From positions 6,562 to 70,561 of the forward strand of contig JBBTQY010000008.1 in the NCBI GenBank assembly GCA_038065475.1: 64,000 nucleotides of DNA. Reading direction: 5' to 3'. Each line of letters opens with the position of its first letter. Position 1 is the first letter of the stretch. Positions 36,728-45,508 of the stretch are shown here, in pieces. A model generated the notes under the pieces. That model searched no databases and was not told where the DNA came from. It saw only the letters and a program-made list of their open reading frames with translations. Source of the stretch: Patescibacteria group bacterium (lineage in GTDB: Bacteria > Patescibacteriota > Minisyncoccia > Ryanbacterales > GWA2-47-10b). Made by a program: the position numbers and the translations under genes.

Positions 36728-37996
36728 CTATTCTAACGGGCGTGTCGGTATTTTGCTACGCGCGATAGCTCGATCATCCCACGGTATTTTTTTGCCACCC
36801 GAGAGCGCCATGAGCGGCTCGGCACCCTTGCCTGTGATTACAACCGTATCACCAACTGTCGCCTTCCCTACCGCCTGGCCAATGGCCGCCGTGCGATCGA
36901 GCTCAACTATCGGCGCATGCGCGGTCATACCCTTGGCAACTTCATCGATAATCGTTTTTGGATCTTCATCATACGGATCTTCATCGGTTAAAATAATTTC
37001 ATCACAATACTGATCGGCAATACGGCCCAGCTCGGGACGCTTCCATTTGTCGCGCCCACCACCGGCCGCGCCCAGCACACAGATAAGATGTTTCGCTTGC
37101 GGCTTGAGCGTTTGATAAACTTTTTGGAGTGCATCGGGAGTATGTGCATAATCAACAACCACCGCAAATGGTTCGCGAGCAATATATTCAAGGCGCCCTG
37201 GCACACCGAGCACTTTGGCAATCCCCTGGCGCACAGCCTCTGGTGAGACATGGTGCGCCGAGGCAACTGCGATAGCACAAAGCATATTTTCAAGATTGAA
37301 CTCGCCCTCAAGTACTGATTCAAAATGCGTACCGCCAACAGAAAAAGAAACACCGCGCTCAAATGAAATATCGGCGGGCGATATCGCGTGGAGCGAGCTC
37401 TCGAGCAAGTGCACATCTCGCGCATATTCCCATACTTCGGCATGGGGGGCCGCCTCGATAAACATTTTGGCATCAGCCATTGCTGCATTGACTACGATAT
37501 GCTTTTTCTTTTTCCATGAATTGTTGAGCGCACGAAAAATCTTGAGTTTTGCCTTGCGGTAATTTTCAAACCCGCCATGCGACTCAATATGCTCAGGTGT
37601 CAGATTGGTGATAGCAACCGTATCAAATGCGATATGCGCATGGCGGAACTGCCGCGCGCCCTCACTCGTCACCTCCAAAACAACCGTATCGCATCCTGCC
37701 GCTTTTGCATCAGATAAAAATTTCTGTACAAAAAAACGCCCTGGCATGGTCATCTTTTTATCGTTAACTATCTCATCGCTCCCAATACGAAAACGCAGCG
37801 ATGAAGCCGATGCTACTTTGTGCCCCGCCTCTTCAAAAATATGGTGCAAAATTTCTACCGTAGTCGACTTGCCATTGGTACCCGTCACCCCGATAACCGT
37901 AAGAGTGCGTGATGGAAACCAATACCAAAGAGCTGCTGCGAGCGCCATGCACCAGTGGTATGCGAGCACAAGCGGTTTTGGGATCAGTTTTTTCAT
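36728..37996 (-). CDS. murE: Mur ligase family protein (MurE-like UDP-MurNAc-tripeptide synthetase)
   Basis: IGVTGTNGKSTT P-loop, middle and C-terminal Mur ligase domains (DYAHTPDAL, ..ILTDEDPYDE). Confidence 0.75.
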   Translation of the reverse strand: MKKLIPKPLVLAYHWCMALAAALWYWFPSRTLTVIGVTGTNGKSTTVEILHHIFEEAGHKVASASSLRFRIGSDEIVNDKKMTMPGRFFVQKFLSDAKAAGCDTVVLEVTSEGARQFRHAHIAFDTVAITNLTPEHIESHGGFENYRKAKLKIFRALNNSWKKKKHIVVNAAMADAKMFIEAAPHAEVWEYARDVHLLESSLHAISPADISFERGVSFSVGGTHFESVLEGEFNLENMLCAIAVASAHHVSPEAVRQGIAKVLGVPGRLEYIAREPFAVVVDYAHTPDALQKVYQTLKPQAKHLICVLGAAGGGRDKWKRPELGRIADQYCDEIILTDEDPYDEDPKTIIDEVAKGMTAHAPIVELDRTAAIGQAVGKATVGDTVVITGKGAEPLMALSGGKKIPWDDRAIARSKIPTRPLE

Positions 37997-38568
37997 GATG
38001 CGTTCTTGCCCAACAACTTAAGCGCTTCTTTGATTTTACCATCAATACTTTCGATATCACGCGGCAATTTGTGGAGCGCGTCGCGTGCTTCACGCACGTT
38101 GTAGCCAAGCGATACCAGTGCATCGAGCGCATCTGATTCTTCCGATGAGATGGTGACGCCCTCAACTCCTCCGAGTTTATCTTTGAGCTCAAGCATAATT
38201 TTCTCTGCCGTCTTTCTACCGATGCCTGATATTTTTGTAAGATACACGGTCTCGCCAGATGCAATAGCACGCCGAAGCGAATCGAGTGGAGCCACAGACA
38301 AAACACCGAGCGCAGAGCGTGGGCCAATGCCCGAGATACTAATAAGCATCTCGAACATTTCGAGCTCGCTCATTGTGGCAAAGCCGTAGAGCTCGAGTGC
38401 CGTCTCGCGTACTGCCAAGTGCGTAAAAAGCTCGACTGCCTCGCCTTTTTTAGGCAATGTCTTTGCTGTCTCCAGTGAAACCGAGACTTTATAGCCAACA
38501 CCACCAACATTGATGATGAGATGCTTGGTGCCGCGGAATGCGAGAATACCTGTCAGATGCGCAATCAT
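37993..38568 (-). CDS. ruvA: Holliday junction DNA helicase RuvA
   Basis: MIAHLTGIL..GVGYKV OB fold N-terminus, HhH pairs, C-terminal domain. Confidence 0.9.
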   Translation of the reverse strand: MIAHLTGILAFRGTKHLIINVGGVGYKVSVSLETAKTLPKKGEAVELFTHLAVRETALELYGFATMSELEMFEMLISISGIGPRSALGVLSVAPLDSLRRAIASGETVYLTKISGIGRKTAEKIMLELKDKLGGVEGVTISSEESDALDALVSLGYNVREARDALHKLPRDIESIDGKIKEALKLLGKNAS

Positions 38569-38597
38569 TATGCTTTGAGTATATCGAATGTAAGTAT

Positions 38598-38626
38598 AAA
38601 AACAAAAAACGACCCCGTCAGGGTCG
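38598..38626 (-). terminator. rho-independent terminator immediately 3' of the hammerhead motif
   Basis: Minus strand CGACCCUGACGGGGUCG followed by UUUUUUGUUUUU. Confidence 0.6.
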
Positions 38627-38630
38627 CTTG

Positions 38631-38689
38631 CCGATTTCGTCCTCCGTAAACTCCGGACTCATCAGACGAAGCATGCACTTCGTGATCGG
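38631..38689 (-). ncRNA. type III hammerhead ribozyme motif
   Basis: Minus strand CCGAUC^ACGAAG UGCAUG CUUCGU CUGAUGA GUCC GGAGUUUACGGA GGAC GAA AUCGG. It has helix III (CCGAU/AUCGG), cleavage triplet AUC, helix I hairpin (6 bp), core CUGAUGA, helix II (GUCC/GGAC), GAA and the A15.1-U16.1 pair. Confidence 0.7.
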
Positions 38690-38749
38690 TGGGGGTTTTG
38701 GTTCGAGAAAACCCCGTAAACTCGGCTTTGGAACGCACGATTGATTGCG

Positions 38750-38905
38750 TCAGTGCCTGCGAGTCAATCCTTTCCGGATCAAGGTCGCGAGAGCAAGGCC
38801 CAGAAAGGCAGCTCCCATGACGATGCCGATGGGCCTGTCTCTGAAGAGCAGGCTGATGAGAGCTCCTCCAGCGAGAAAGAACAAGAAATCAATCCTATCC
38901 TTCAT
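38750..38905 (-). CDS. small membrane protein, 51 aa (GC-rich)
   Basis: AGGAG 9 nt before ATG; MKDRIDFLFFLAGGALISLLFRDRPIGIVMGAAFLGLALATLIRKGLTRRH. Confidence 0.4.
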   Translation of the reverse strand: MKDRIDFLFFLAGGALISLLFRDRPIGIVMGAAFLGLALATLIRKGLTRRH

Positions 38906-38949
38906 GACTCATGGCTCCTTATGACAGATTTATGTCGCTAAAGCAGCGA

Positions 38950-39195
38950 CTAGTGCAGAGTGCGCTGCGAGCAGTCGCCGCTGCGTTGCGGCGGAAGATA
39001 GGATCGCGGGCGCTCCTGCGCGAGACGTGCGGCACGCTCCCGCTTGTACTGCTGCCACTGTCTCTCCTTCCGTCGCTCCTCGAGTGCCTCTCCGATCCAC
39101 ATGAGAAAGCAACAACCCATGATGAAGCTGCCGCCGAAGATCGAGGGACCCATGATCATCAACAGGAAATAGGTGATGTTAACGGGCTGTTCCAT
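38950..39195 (-). CDS. small membrane-anchored Arg-rich protein, 81 aa (GC-rich)
   Basis: GAGAGGAG 7 nt before ATG; TM (YFLLMIMGPSIFGGSFIMGCCFLMWIG) then EERRKERQWQQYKRERAARLAQER. Start taken at the internal ATG; the antisense track ORF is rejected. Confidence 0.5.
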   Translation of the reverse strand: MEQPVNITYFLLMIMGPSIFGGSFIMGCCFLMWIGEALEERRKERQWQQYKRERAARLAQERPRSYLPPQRSGDCSQRTLH

Positions 39196-39363
39196 GAGAA
39201 ATCTCCTCTCGTTTGTCTTTGCGCTTAAGAAGAGCCTTGCGGCTTTTCTTTGAAAAGAATAACTCAACTCTGCAAGTAATTATAGCACTATTTATATGTT
39301 CTGTCAATATCATAAAACTGTTGAAATATAAGGGTTTTTGGATAAATATGCTATCATCCCCCT

Positions 39364-41310
39364 ATGACATTTCACCTTGTCTCACAATTTAAACCATCAG
39401 GCGACCAGCCTCGCGCAATCGAGCAACTTTCGCGCGGACTTGCGGACAACAAACAATACCAAACACTCTTGGGGGTTACCGGCTCAGGTAAGACATTTAC
39501 CATGGCAAATATTATCGCAAACACTGGCAGGCCTGCACTCATCCTCTCTCACAACAAAACTCTTGCCGCACAACTCTACGAAGAGTTTAAAGAATTTTTT
39601 CCTGACAATGCGGTGCATTATTTTGTCAGCTACTACGACTACTACCAACCGGAAGCCTATCTGCCCAATACTGATACCTATATAGAGAAGGATGCAAAAA
39701 TAAACCAGTTTATCGATGAACTTCGTCATGCGGCAACGCAAGCCGCACTCACACGTAAAGATTTAATCATCGTCGCATCAGTCTCCGCCATCTACGGCAT
39801 CGGCGCGCCAGAAGCCTATTTGGATTTTTCGTTTGTGTTGTGCCGAGGCGATCACATGAGCCTCAAGACACTTTCAAACAAACTTGCGGAGCTTCAATAT
39901 ATACGCAACGATATCGAGCGCAAACCGGGTACCTGGTCACGCAAGGGTGATTCGGTCATTGTGGTACTTCCATCAGGCGATCGAACGGTACGTATAAACT
40001 TTTTTGGTGACGAAGTAGAAGAAGTGCTCGAGGGTCCTGCGGGGCTCGATACACAACTCTCGCCTCAACCCGAGATCCGTATATTCCCCGCCAAGCACTT
40101 TATGACACCCGAAGATGATATCAAGCGCGCAACAGTTGCTATAGAAAAAGAACTCGCAGAACGCATTAAAGAGTTTGAGAAAAACGGCAAAGAGCTTGAA
40201 GCTGAACGCCTACGCCGCCGCGTGCGCTATGATTTGCAGATGCTTCGCGAGACGGGCTATACATTGGGCATTGAAAACTACTCGCGGCATCTAGCAGGTC
40301 GCGCGCCCGGCGAGCCACCAACAACCATGATTGATTATATGCCTGAAGGATTTATCACCTTTGTCGATGAATCACATATGACACTCCCCCAGATCAGAGG
40401 TATGCAAGCGGGAGACCGTGCGCGCAAAACCACACTTGTTGATTTTGGCTTTCGCCTGCCATCTGCACTCGATAACCGCCCGCTTACCGAAAGTGAGTTT
40501 AGAAAAAAAGTGGGGCAAACTATTTTTGTATCAGCCACGCCCAGCGCCTATGAAATTGCACACGGCAATATCGCCGAACAACTCATCCGCCCTACGGGAC
40601 TTCTCGATCCCACGGTTGAAGTGCGGCCCGCAGGCAAACAGATTGCTGATGCAGAAAAAGAAATAGTCATCCGCGCCAAGAAAAAAGAACGTTCACTTGT
40701 GGTGGCGCTCACCAAAAAGATGGCGGAAGACATTGCCGAGTATTTAGGCGAGCGTGATTTGAAAATCGCCTGGCTTCACTCGGAGGTTAAAACAATCGAG
40801 CGCTATGAGATCTTGCAGCAGCTACGCCGCGGCGATGTCGATGCGGTAGTGGGCATTAACCTACTGCGTGAGGGACTTGATTTGCCTGAGGTATCGCTTA
40901 TTTGTATTCTTGATGCTGACAAAGAAGGCTTCCTGCGTAATGTGACATCGTTTATACAAACCATGGGTCGCGCCTCGCGCCACCCAAACGGACATGTGAT
41001 TTTGTACGCGGACAAGATGACTGACTCGATGAAAACAGCGATAGCCGAGACTACGCGCCGCCGTGCATACCAAGAAGCGTACAACAAAGCCAATGGCATC
41101 ACGCCCACTGCACTCATCAAAGAAATCCGCAAACCGATATTTATAGGTAAGAAAAAGATTGATAAAGAAGATTTACTCGCCATAGCAAATAAAGACAAAC
41201 GATCAGTCGCGGAGCTTAAAAAAGAAGTGGAGGCAGAAATGCTCGAGGAGGCCGCACGCCTCAACTTTGAACGCGCCGCCGAGCTTCGCGATATTCTAAA
41301 AGGCTTGTAA
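39364..41310 (+). CDS. uvrB: excinuclease ABC subunit B
   Basis: GVTGSGKTFT Walker A, helicase motifs, beta-hairpin region, C-terminal UVR domain (AARLNFERAAELRD). Confidence 0.95.
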   Translation: MTFHLVSQFKPSGDQPRAIEQLSRGLADNKQYQTLLGVTGSGKTFTMANIIANTGRPALILSHNKTLAAQLYEEFKEFFPDNAVHYFVSYYDYYQPEAYLPNTDTYIEKDAKINQFIDELRHAATQAALTRKDLIIVASVSAIYGIGAPEAYLDFSFVLCRGDHMSLKTLSNKLAELQYIRNDIERKPGTWSRKGDSVIVVLPSGDRTVRINFFGDEVEEVLEGPAGLDTQLSPQPEIRIFPAKHFMTPEDDIKRATVAIEKELAERIKEFEKNGKELEAERLRRRVRYDLQMLRETGYTLGIENYSRHLAGRAPGEPPTTMIDYMPEGFITFVDESHMTLPQIRGMQAGDRARKTTLVDFGFRLPSALDNRPLTESEFRKKVGQTIFVSATPSAYEIAHGNIAEQLIRPTGLLDPTVEVRPAGKQIADAEKEIVIRAKKKERSLVVALTKKMAEDIAEYLGERDLKIAWLHSEVKTIERYEILQQLRRGDVDAVVGINLLREGLDLPEVSLICILDADKEGFLRNVTSFIQTMGRASRHPNGHVILYADKMTDSMKTAIAETTRRRAYQEAYNKANGITPTALIKEIRKPIFIGKKKIDKEDLLAIANKDKRSVAELKKEVEAEMLEEAARLNFERAAELRDILKGL

Positions 41311-41354
41311 AAATAAAATGGAGCCGCCTTATTAGACAGCTCCCGATGTACCTC

Positions 41355-41543
41355 TTAGCGACTGCGAAGTGCTCGCTTGATCTCACACAAGCGCACTTCA
41401 AGTCTGGCAAGTTCGGCTGCGTAGCCAGCTCTCCTGAAAGTGAACTTGTTGCCGTGAAATTCCTTCCTCCGCAGTTCGTGAAGCGCCCTGACCCGTGCAC
41501 GAAGCGATTTGGGATCACAAATTTCTTCGACCGATTTGTTCAC
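41355..41543 (-). CDS. hypothetical Arg-rich small protein (GC-rich)
   Basis: GTG start 6 nt after GGGAGGG; 62 aa. Confidence 0.4.
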   Translation of the reverse strand: MNKSVEEICDPKSLRARVRALHELRRKEFHGNKFTFRRAGYAAELARLEVRLCEIKRALRSR

Positions 41544-41617
41544 GACGTGCCCTCCCTCGGAACTTGTTTAGCAAAATATTAGCGATAAAAGAAAAAACAA
41601 GCAAGAGATGCCGCCCA

Positions 41618-42277
41618 CTAGTAGTCTTTATTGAGCCTCTGCCAATTTTCTTTCGGACGCACCGCCGCTGAGCCCGCGTGGCAAAGTGGGCATTCTTCCG
41701 GCGTCCAAATCGGCATCGGGTGGTTGATAAGTGAAATTATTTTTCTACCCCCAACCTCACCCGCGCCCGATCTATTTACCAACACTGCGACATAGGGCAA
41801 CGCTGCCCCGCCGACACCTACCACGGCTTGTGCTGTGAGCTCAACACTCCCACCCGTATTGAGTACGTCTTCGACAAAAAGAATTTTTTCTCCCGCGCAC
41901 ACCTTGGTATCAGTAAATACCATAGTCTTTTGCGCGCCCTCTCCCACCTTTGCGGGAGATGCCCATGCGCACGCACAATCTCGCCTTTTAGAAATCTCAG
42001 CCGCCATGCTTTCTGCCAGCCGCGTAGCGCCAGTCTGCGGACCCACAACGGAATCAATACTGTTGATATCAAACCCTGTATCTTGCGAGAGCTGAATAAC
42101 AAGATCTCGCGATGCTTCAGCAAGAAGTCCTGCATCCTCAGTCACGAGCTTACTATTAAAATACCCACCCGAGTGATTACCTGAGGTCAGCAACGCATGC
42201 GGCCTTTCGACATTGCCATCATGAAGCCAGAGCGCCTCTTTATTTTTATACTTCTGGATCCAATCACCAGCAGACAT
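41618..42277 (-). CDS. type I phosphoribosyltransferase (PyrE-like)
   Basis: PRPP-binding motif ILFVEDVLNTGGSV; start at MSAGDWIQ to avoid overlapping the upstream gene. Confidence 0.65.
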   Translation of the reverse strand: MSAGDWIQKYKNKEALWLHDGNVERPHALLTSGNHSGGYFNSKLVTEDAGLLAEASRDLVIQLSQDTGFDINSIDSVVGPQTGATRLAESMAAEISKRRDCACAWASPAKVGEGAQKTMVFTDTKVCAGEKILFVEDVLNTGGSVELTAQAVVGVGGAALPYVAVLVNRSGAGEVGGRKIISLINHPMPIWTPEECPLCHAGSAAVRPKENWQRLNKDY

Positions 42278-42281
42278 CCGA

Positions 42282-42602
42282 TTAACTCTTGTATCTTTTC
42301 TCAACTGCCTCAACAAGATCTTTCTCACTCATACCAACCAGTTCAGCGAGACGCAGAACATTGATAAAAGATTTCACAACGCTTGTTTTGAGCGTTTCTG
42401 TATCTAACTCTTTGCCATGATCAACCGCTTCGCTGATACCCGCGATAACTCCTGATACTTTTGCAAAATGAAGAGCTGAATGGTTAATAGCAAAGAGTAG
42501 ACGTTTTTTATCATCCGCACCCTTAAGCTCGGGGTATTTTTCCTCATTAAAAACATTATTATCTGCGACAAATTGTATGAGTTTATCGATATTTCCGTTC
42601 AT
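42282..42602 (-). CDS. hypothetical protein (possibly MazG-like all-alpha NTP pyrophosphohydrolase)
   Basis: 106 aa helical protein with AINHSALHFAKVSG..EAVDHG; weak. Confidence 0.35.
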   Translation of the reverse strand: MNGNIDKLIQFVADNNVFNEEKYPELKGADDKKRLLFAINHSALHFAKVSGVIAGISEAVDHGKELDTETLKTSVVKSFINVLRLAELVGMSEKDLVEAVEKRYKS

Positions 42603-42734
42603 AATCTCAATCTAGCACGCCCAACTTGTTAGCAAAAGAAAGTATGTCACATCCTTAGAAACCTTTATTGACAAGGCGCCTATAACTCACATAAAGTTAT
42701 ATTGAAATTTTCATCCGGACGAAAGGAGAGAACC

Positions 42735-42953
42735 TTGAAGAGGTGCGAAAATAAAGAAGTCGCCCCCAACCAACCAGGGAACCAGCATCGCGAGGTCGGC
42801 AGAAGCTTCGAGGACGTGGTGGCACACGCCACCGACAAGACGGGTGCGGTCGATCTCGGCCGCATGCAGGAACTCGAAGGCCGCTTCGGAACCAACGGCG
42901 GACGCGACTGCGACGTGCTGGAAGGCCCCTGCTCCTGCGGCGCCTGGCACTGA
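42735..42953 (+). CDS. GC-rich small protein with C-terminal GPCSCGAWH
   Basis: TTG start 4 nt after AAAGGAGAG; roughly 65% GC island; perfect terminator follows. The track ORF would begin 33 nt upstream without an RBS. Confidence 0.4.
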   Translation: MKRCENKEVAPNQPGNQHREVGRSFEDVVAHATDKTGAVDLGRMQELEGRFGTNGGRDCDVLEGPCSCGAWH

Positions 42954-42962
42954 AGCCCTCTC

Positions 42963-42992
42963 GAGACCATCACCGTGATGGTCTCTTTTTTA
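42963..42992 (+). terminator. rho-independent terminator
   Basis: gagaccatcaccgtgatggtctc followed by tttttt. Confidence 0.65.
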
Positions 42993-43080
42993 TTTCAGAA
43001 AAAAGTTGCGCTAACGAATAGGATGCGATACCTGCATTTTTACGTCGAACAAAAAAATAAACACAAAAAAATCATAAAAA

Positions 43081-43113
43081 AGCGTCCGCGCACCTTGCCG
43101 GACGCTTTTTTTG
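43081..43113. terminator. hairpin terminator
   Basis: agcgtccgcgcaccttgccggacgct followed by ttttttt, with an A-run upstream. Confidence 0.5.
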
Positions 43114-43688
43114 TGTTCAAAAAATGAGCACCCACAACAATACCATAACTGGGTCGCACAATTTCGAAAAAAAGTTGAGTTATCCACTTCCACCAGTAGA
43201 ACGCCGAATAGTAATATTAATATGCGTACCGTTACAAACAGGACTGATCCCCCTTATGAGCAACACTAAGGCAGTAAATCTGTTTCGAGTTCTGGCGTAG
43301 GTTCCAAAAGGATCAACGCCGCAAGGCGGTTCACCGAAAGGTGTTGCGCCCTACGCTAGAACTCGGTACGGATTTTTTTGTGCCCCTTCTCCTGCGCCAT
43401 TGTTGTGCGCAGGTGCTGGCGGCATTAAATGTCGCTTGTATCGATACATGGCGGAAACGCCAGTACAACGCTAGGGGCCATATGACAAAATGGCACTCTA
43501 CGAAGCCTGATTTCAAGAAATTCTTGATCGATGGCTTCATTCTTACTCAGTGTATTCGCCGCAACGGTGGATGGCTGTGTATGCTGGATGATAAATATTT
43601 CAAATTTCCATCCGGCACGGGGAAAGGAAAACGCCCCCGATCCGAAGATGAAGGCGTTTCCAATGATCAAAAAAACTAATTTAGTTTT

Positions 43689-43722
43689 CCGAGCCTTTCT
43701 AGCTAGAGGGCTCGGTTTTTTA
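43689..43722 (+). terminator. rho-independent terminator
   Basis: ccgagcctttctagctagagggctcgg followed by tttttt. Confidence 0.6.
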
Positions 43723-43904
43723 TTAAGATGAACCTTTAATATCTTCACTATAGCGCATGCGAGCCGTCCGCATAGTGGCCATTATCCACAGTACTCACAC
43801 TACGGCGACCGTCTTAATTGGAGGTCTTTTCTACTACGTGGCTATGGGTAAAGTATCCTTCTATAGTATTGACGTAAAACCTAAAAACGGGTACTCTGGA
43901 GTCC

Positions 43905-44168
43905 ATGCCGAATACATCATCAGCAGCCAAGGCATTACGCCAATCAGAGCGCAAACGCGTACGAAACGTCCGCCGCAAGCGTTCACTTCGTGACGTCCTC
44001 AAACAGTTTGAAAAAGCTGTGGCCGCCAAAAACAAAGCGGAAGCTACTAAACTCTTCCCCGCTGTCCAGAAGGCACTCGATAAGACCGCAAAATCAGGCC
44101 TCATCAAGAAAAACAACGCCTCACGTAGAAAGTCTCGTCTTTCGGCTCAAATCAAAAAACTCTCATAA
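43905..44168 (+). CDS. rpsT: 30S ribosomal protein S20
   Basis: MPNTSSAAKALRQSERKRVRNVRRKRSLR... matches the conserved S20 N-terminus; GGAG RBS. Confidence 0.9.
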   Translation: MPNTSSAAKALRQSERKRVRNVRRKRSLRDVLKQFEKAVAAKNKAEATKLFPAVQKALDKTAKSGLIKKNNASRRKSRLSAQIKKLS

Positions 44169-44184
44169 GCGAGCTGAAAGTCTT

Positions 44185-45060
44185 TTAGCGAGCTGTTAGT
44201 AGAAAATAAAGAAACCTTGTCTCCAGGGTTTCTTTTTTTCTCATGTCACTCATCTCGAGAAGCTGTAAATATGCCTCTTCAATCTGATCGCGCGAAAAGT
44301 TGCGCATCTGCTGCTTTGCCTTGCCGAGTACAAACGGCTTTACGCCCGCCGTGTTACCCGATGCTACGCGTGCCAAATTTTTGATATGCCACATAAAGGG
44401 GCGTAAAATATCATCCGCACTGTACCCGGCGCGCACAAAACGCTCAAACAAAAGTGCGGCGCGGGCACGCTCACCCGACCCCCACAAGTCTCCGAGCGAA
44501 AACAAATCTCTATCGGCGGGTCCAGATGTCTGTGCCTCAGAAGATTCCCCTCCCAACAAAACCTTTTCAAGCTCGCGCGAAAAGCGATCAGGGGTATTGT
44601 TATATATTGACCACAATAATTCTTTTTGTGGCGCTGCAACTAACACATCAAACTCTTTGGCGCGCGTATCGATATATGCCGAAAACTTCTGGCGCGTAAA
44701 ATCGCCAAATTCTTCTTTTTTGTTGGCATATTTTTCGATATCACTAAAAATCTTGTTTTTTATGGGCACGCCTTCTTCCCAAAAAACAACTACCGAGTCA
44801 TCTTGAGCCCAACGCTCAAGATGCATCTTGAGCGCCTCGCGCATATCCGCATCAAGCTCTGAGGCATATTTGATGATATAAAAGTCCTTAGAACCAAAAA
44901 GTGAACCAGAACCAATAGCGAGAAGGCGTGCGCCACCCGCCTCGTCTGTACAATCAATCATCTCCCAGGCGGGGCCCGCCTCGCGGCGGAAGCGTACAGC
45001 AAAACGCTCCAGCATCTCGCGCGATGCGGTCGTATTCGAGCCGTACAATAGATAGATCAT
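44185..45060 (-). CDS. holA: DNA polymerase III delta subunit
   Basis: MIYLLYGSN start, AAA+-like N-domain without Walker A, clamp-loader delta architecture, about 290 aa. Confidence 0.7.
   Translation of the reverse strand: MIYLLYGSNTTASREMLERFAVRFRREAGPAWEMIDCTDEAGGARLLAIGSGSLFGSKDFYIIKYASELDADMREALKMHLERWAQDDSVVVFWEEGVPIKNKIFSDIEKYANKKEEFGDFTRQKFSAYIDTRAKEFDVLVAAPQKELLWSIYNNTPDRFSRELEKVLLGGESSEAQTSGPADRDLFSLGDLWGSGERARAALLFERFVRAGYSADDILRPFMWHIKNLARVASGNTAGVKPFVLGKAKQQMRNFSRDQIEEAYLQLLEMSDMRKKETLETRFLYFLLTAR
44210..44238 (+). terminator. rpsT terminator embedded in the 3' coding end of convergent holA
   Basis: gaaaccttgtctccagggtttc followed by ttttttt. Confidence 0.5.
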
Positions 45061-45491
45061 TTTCCTATGTAGTTTGCCTCGAGCACTTTTTTGATAGTCT
45101 CTACAATCTCTTGCGGCGTGTGGTGCGCTTTGATCATAAATTCTGCAGCGCCCAGCTTCATCGCCTGATCAACATCATCGCGCGATCCAAGGTTTGAGAT
45201 CACGATAACCGGAATAGATGCAAACTCATGCTGCGCCTTGAGCTCAGTTAAAATCTCGAAGCCACCCTTACCCGGCAATACCAAATCAAGCAAAATGATG
45301 TGCGGCTGATCTTTGCGTACAGCAGCAAAGGCCTCGTCAGCATTTACGGCCTCAATAACCGTAAAGCCCTCATGCTTTATTTTTTCAGTCAGAAGACTGC
45401 GCAAAAATTTGTCATCTTCAACGACGAGAATCTTCATCTCGCCTCGCTTGAGCATTGATGAAATGGGTACCGATGAACCGCTTGATGTCAT
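45057..45491 (-). CDS. single-domain response regulator (CheY-like receiver)
   Basis: KILVVEDD, phospho-acceptor D in ILLDLVLPG, conserved Thr and Lys. Confidence 0.85.
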   Translation of the reverse strand: MTSSGSSVPISSMLKRGEMKILVVEDDKFLRSLLTEKIKHEGFTVIEAVNADEAFAAVRKDQPHIILLDLVLPGKGGFEILTELKAQHEFASIPVIVISNLGSRDDVDQAMKLGAAEFMIKAHHTPQEIVETIKKVLEANYIGK

Positions 45492-45508
45492 GGGGTTAGA
45501 CTAGCATA

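Noticed and set aside
38911-39228. Plus-strand 105-aa ORF antisense to the small membrane-protein gene
   Set aside because: It has no RBS, whereas the minus ORF has GAGAGGAG-N7-ATG and a clear TM helix.
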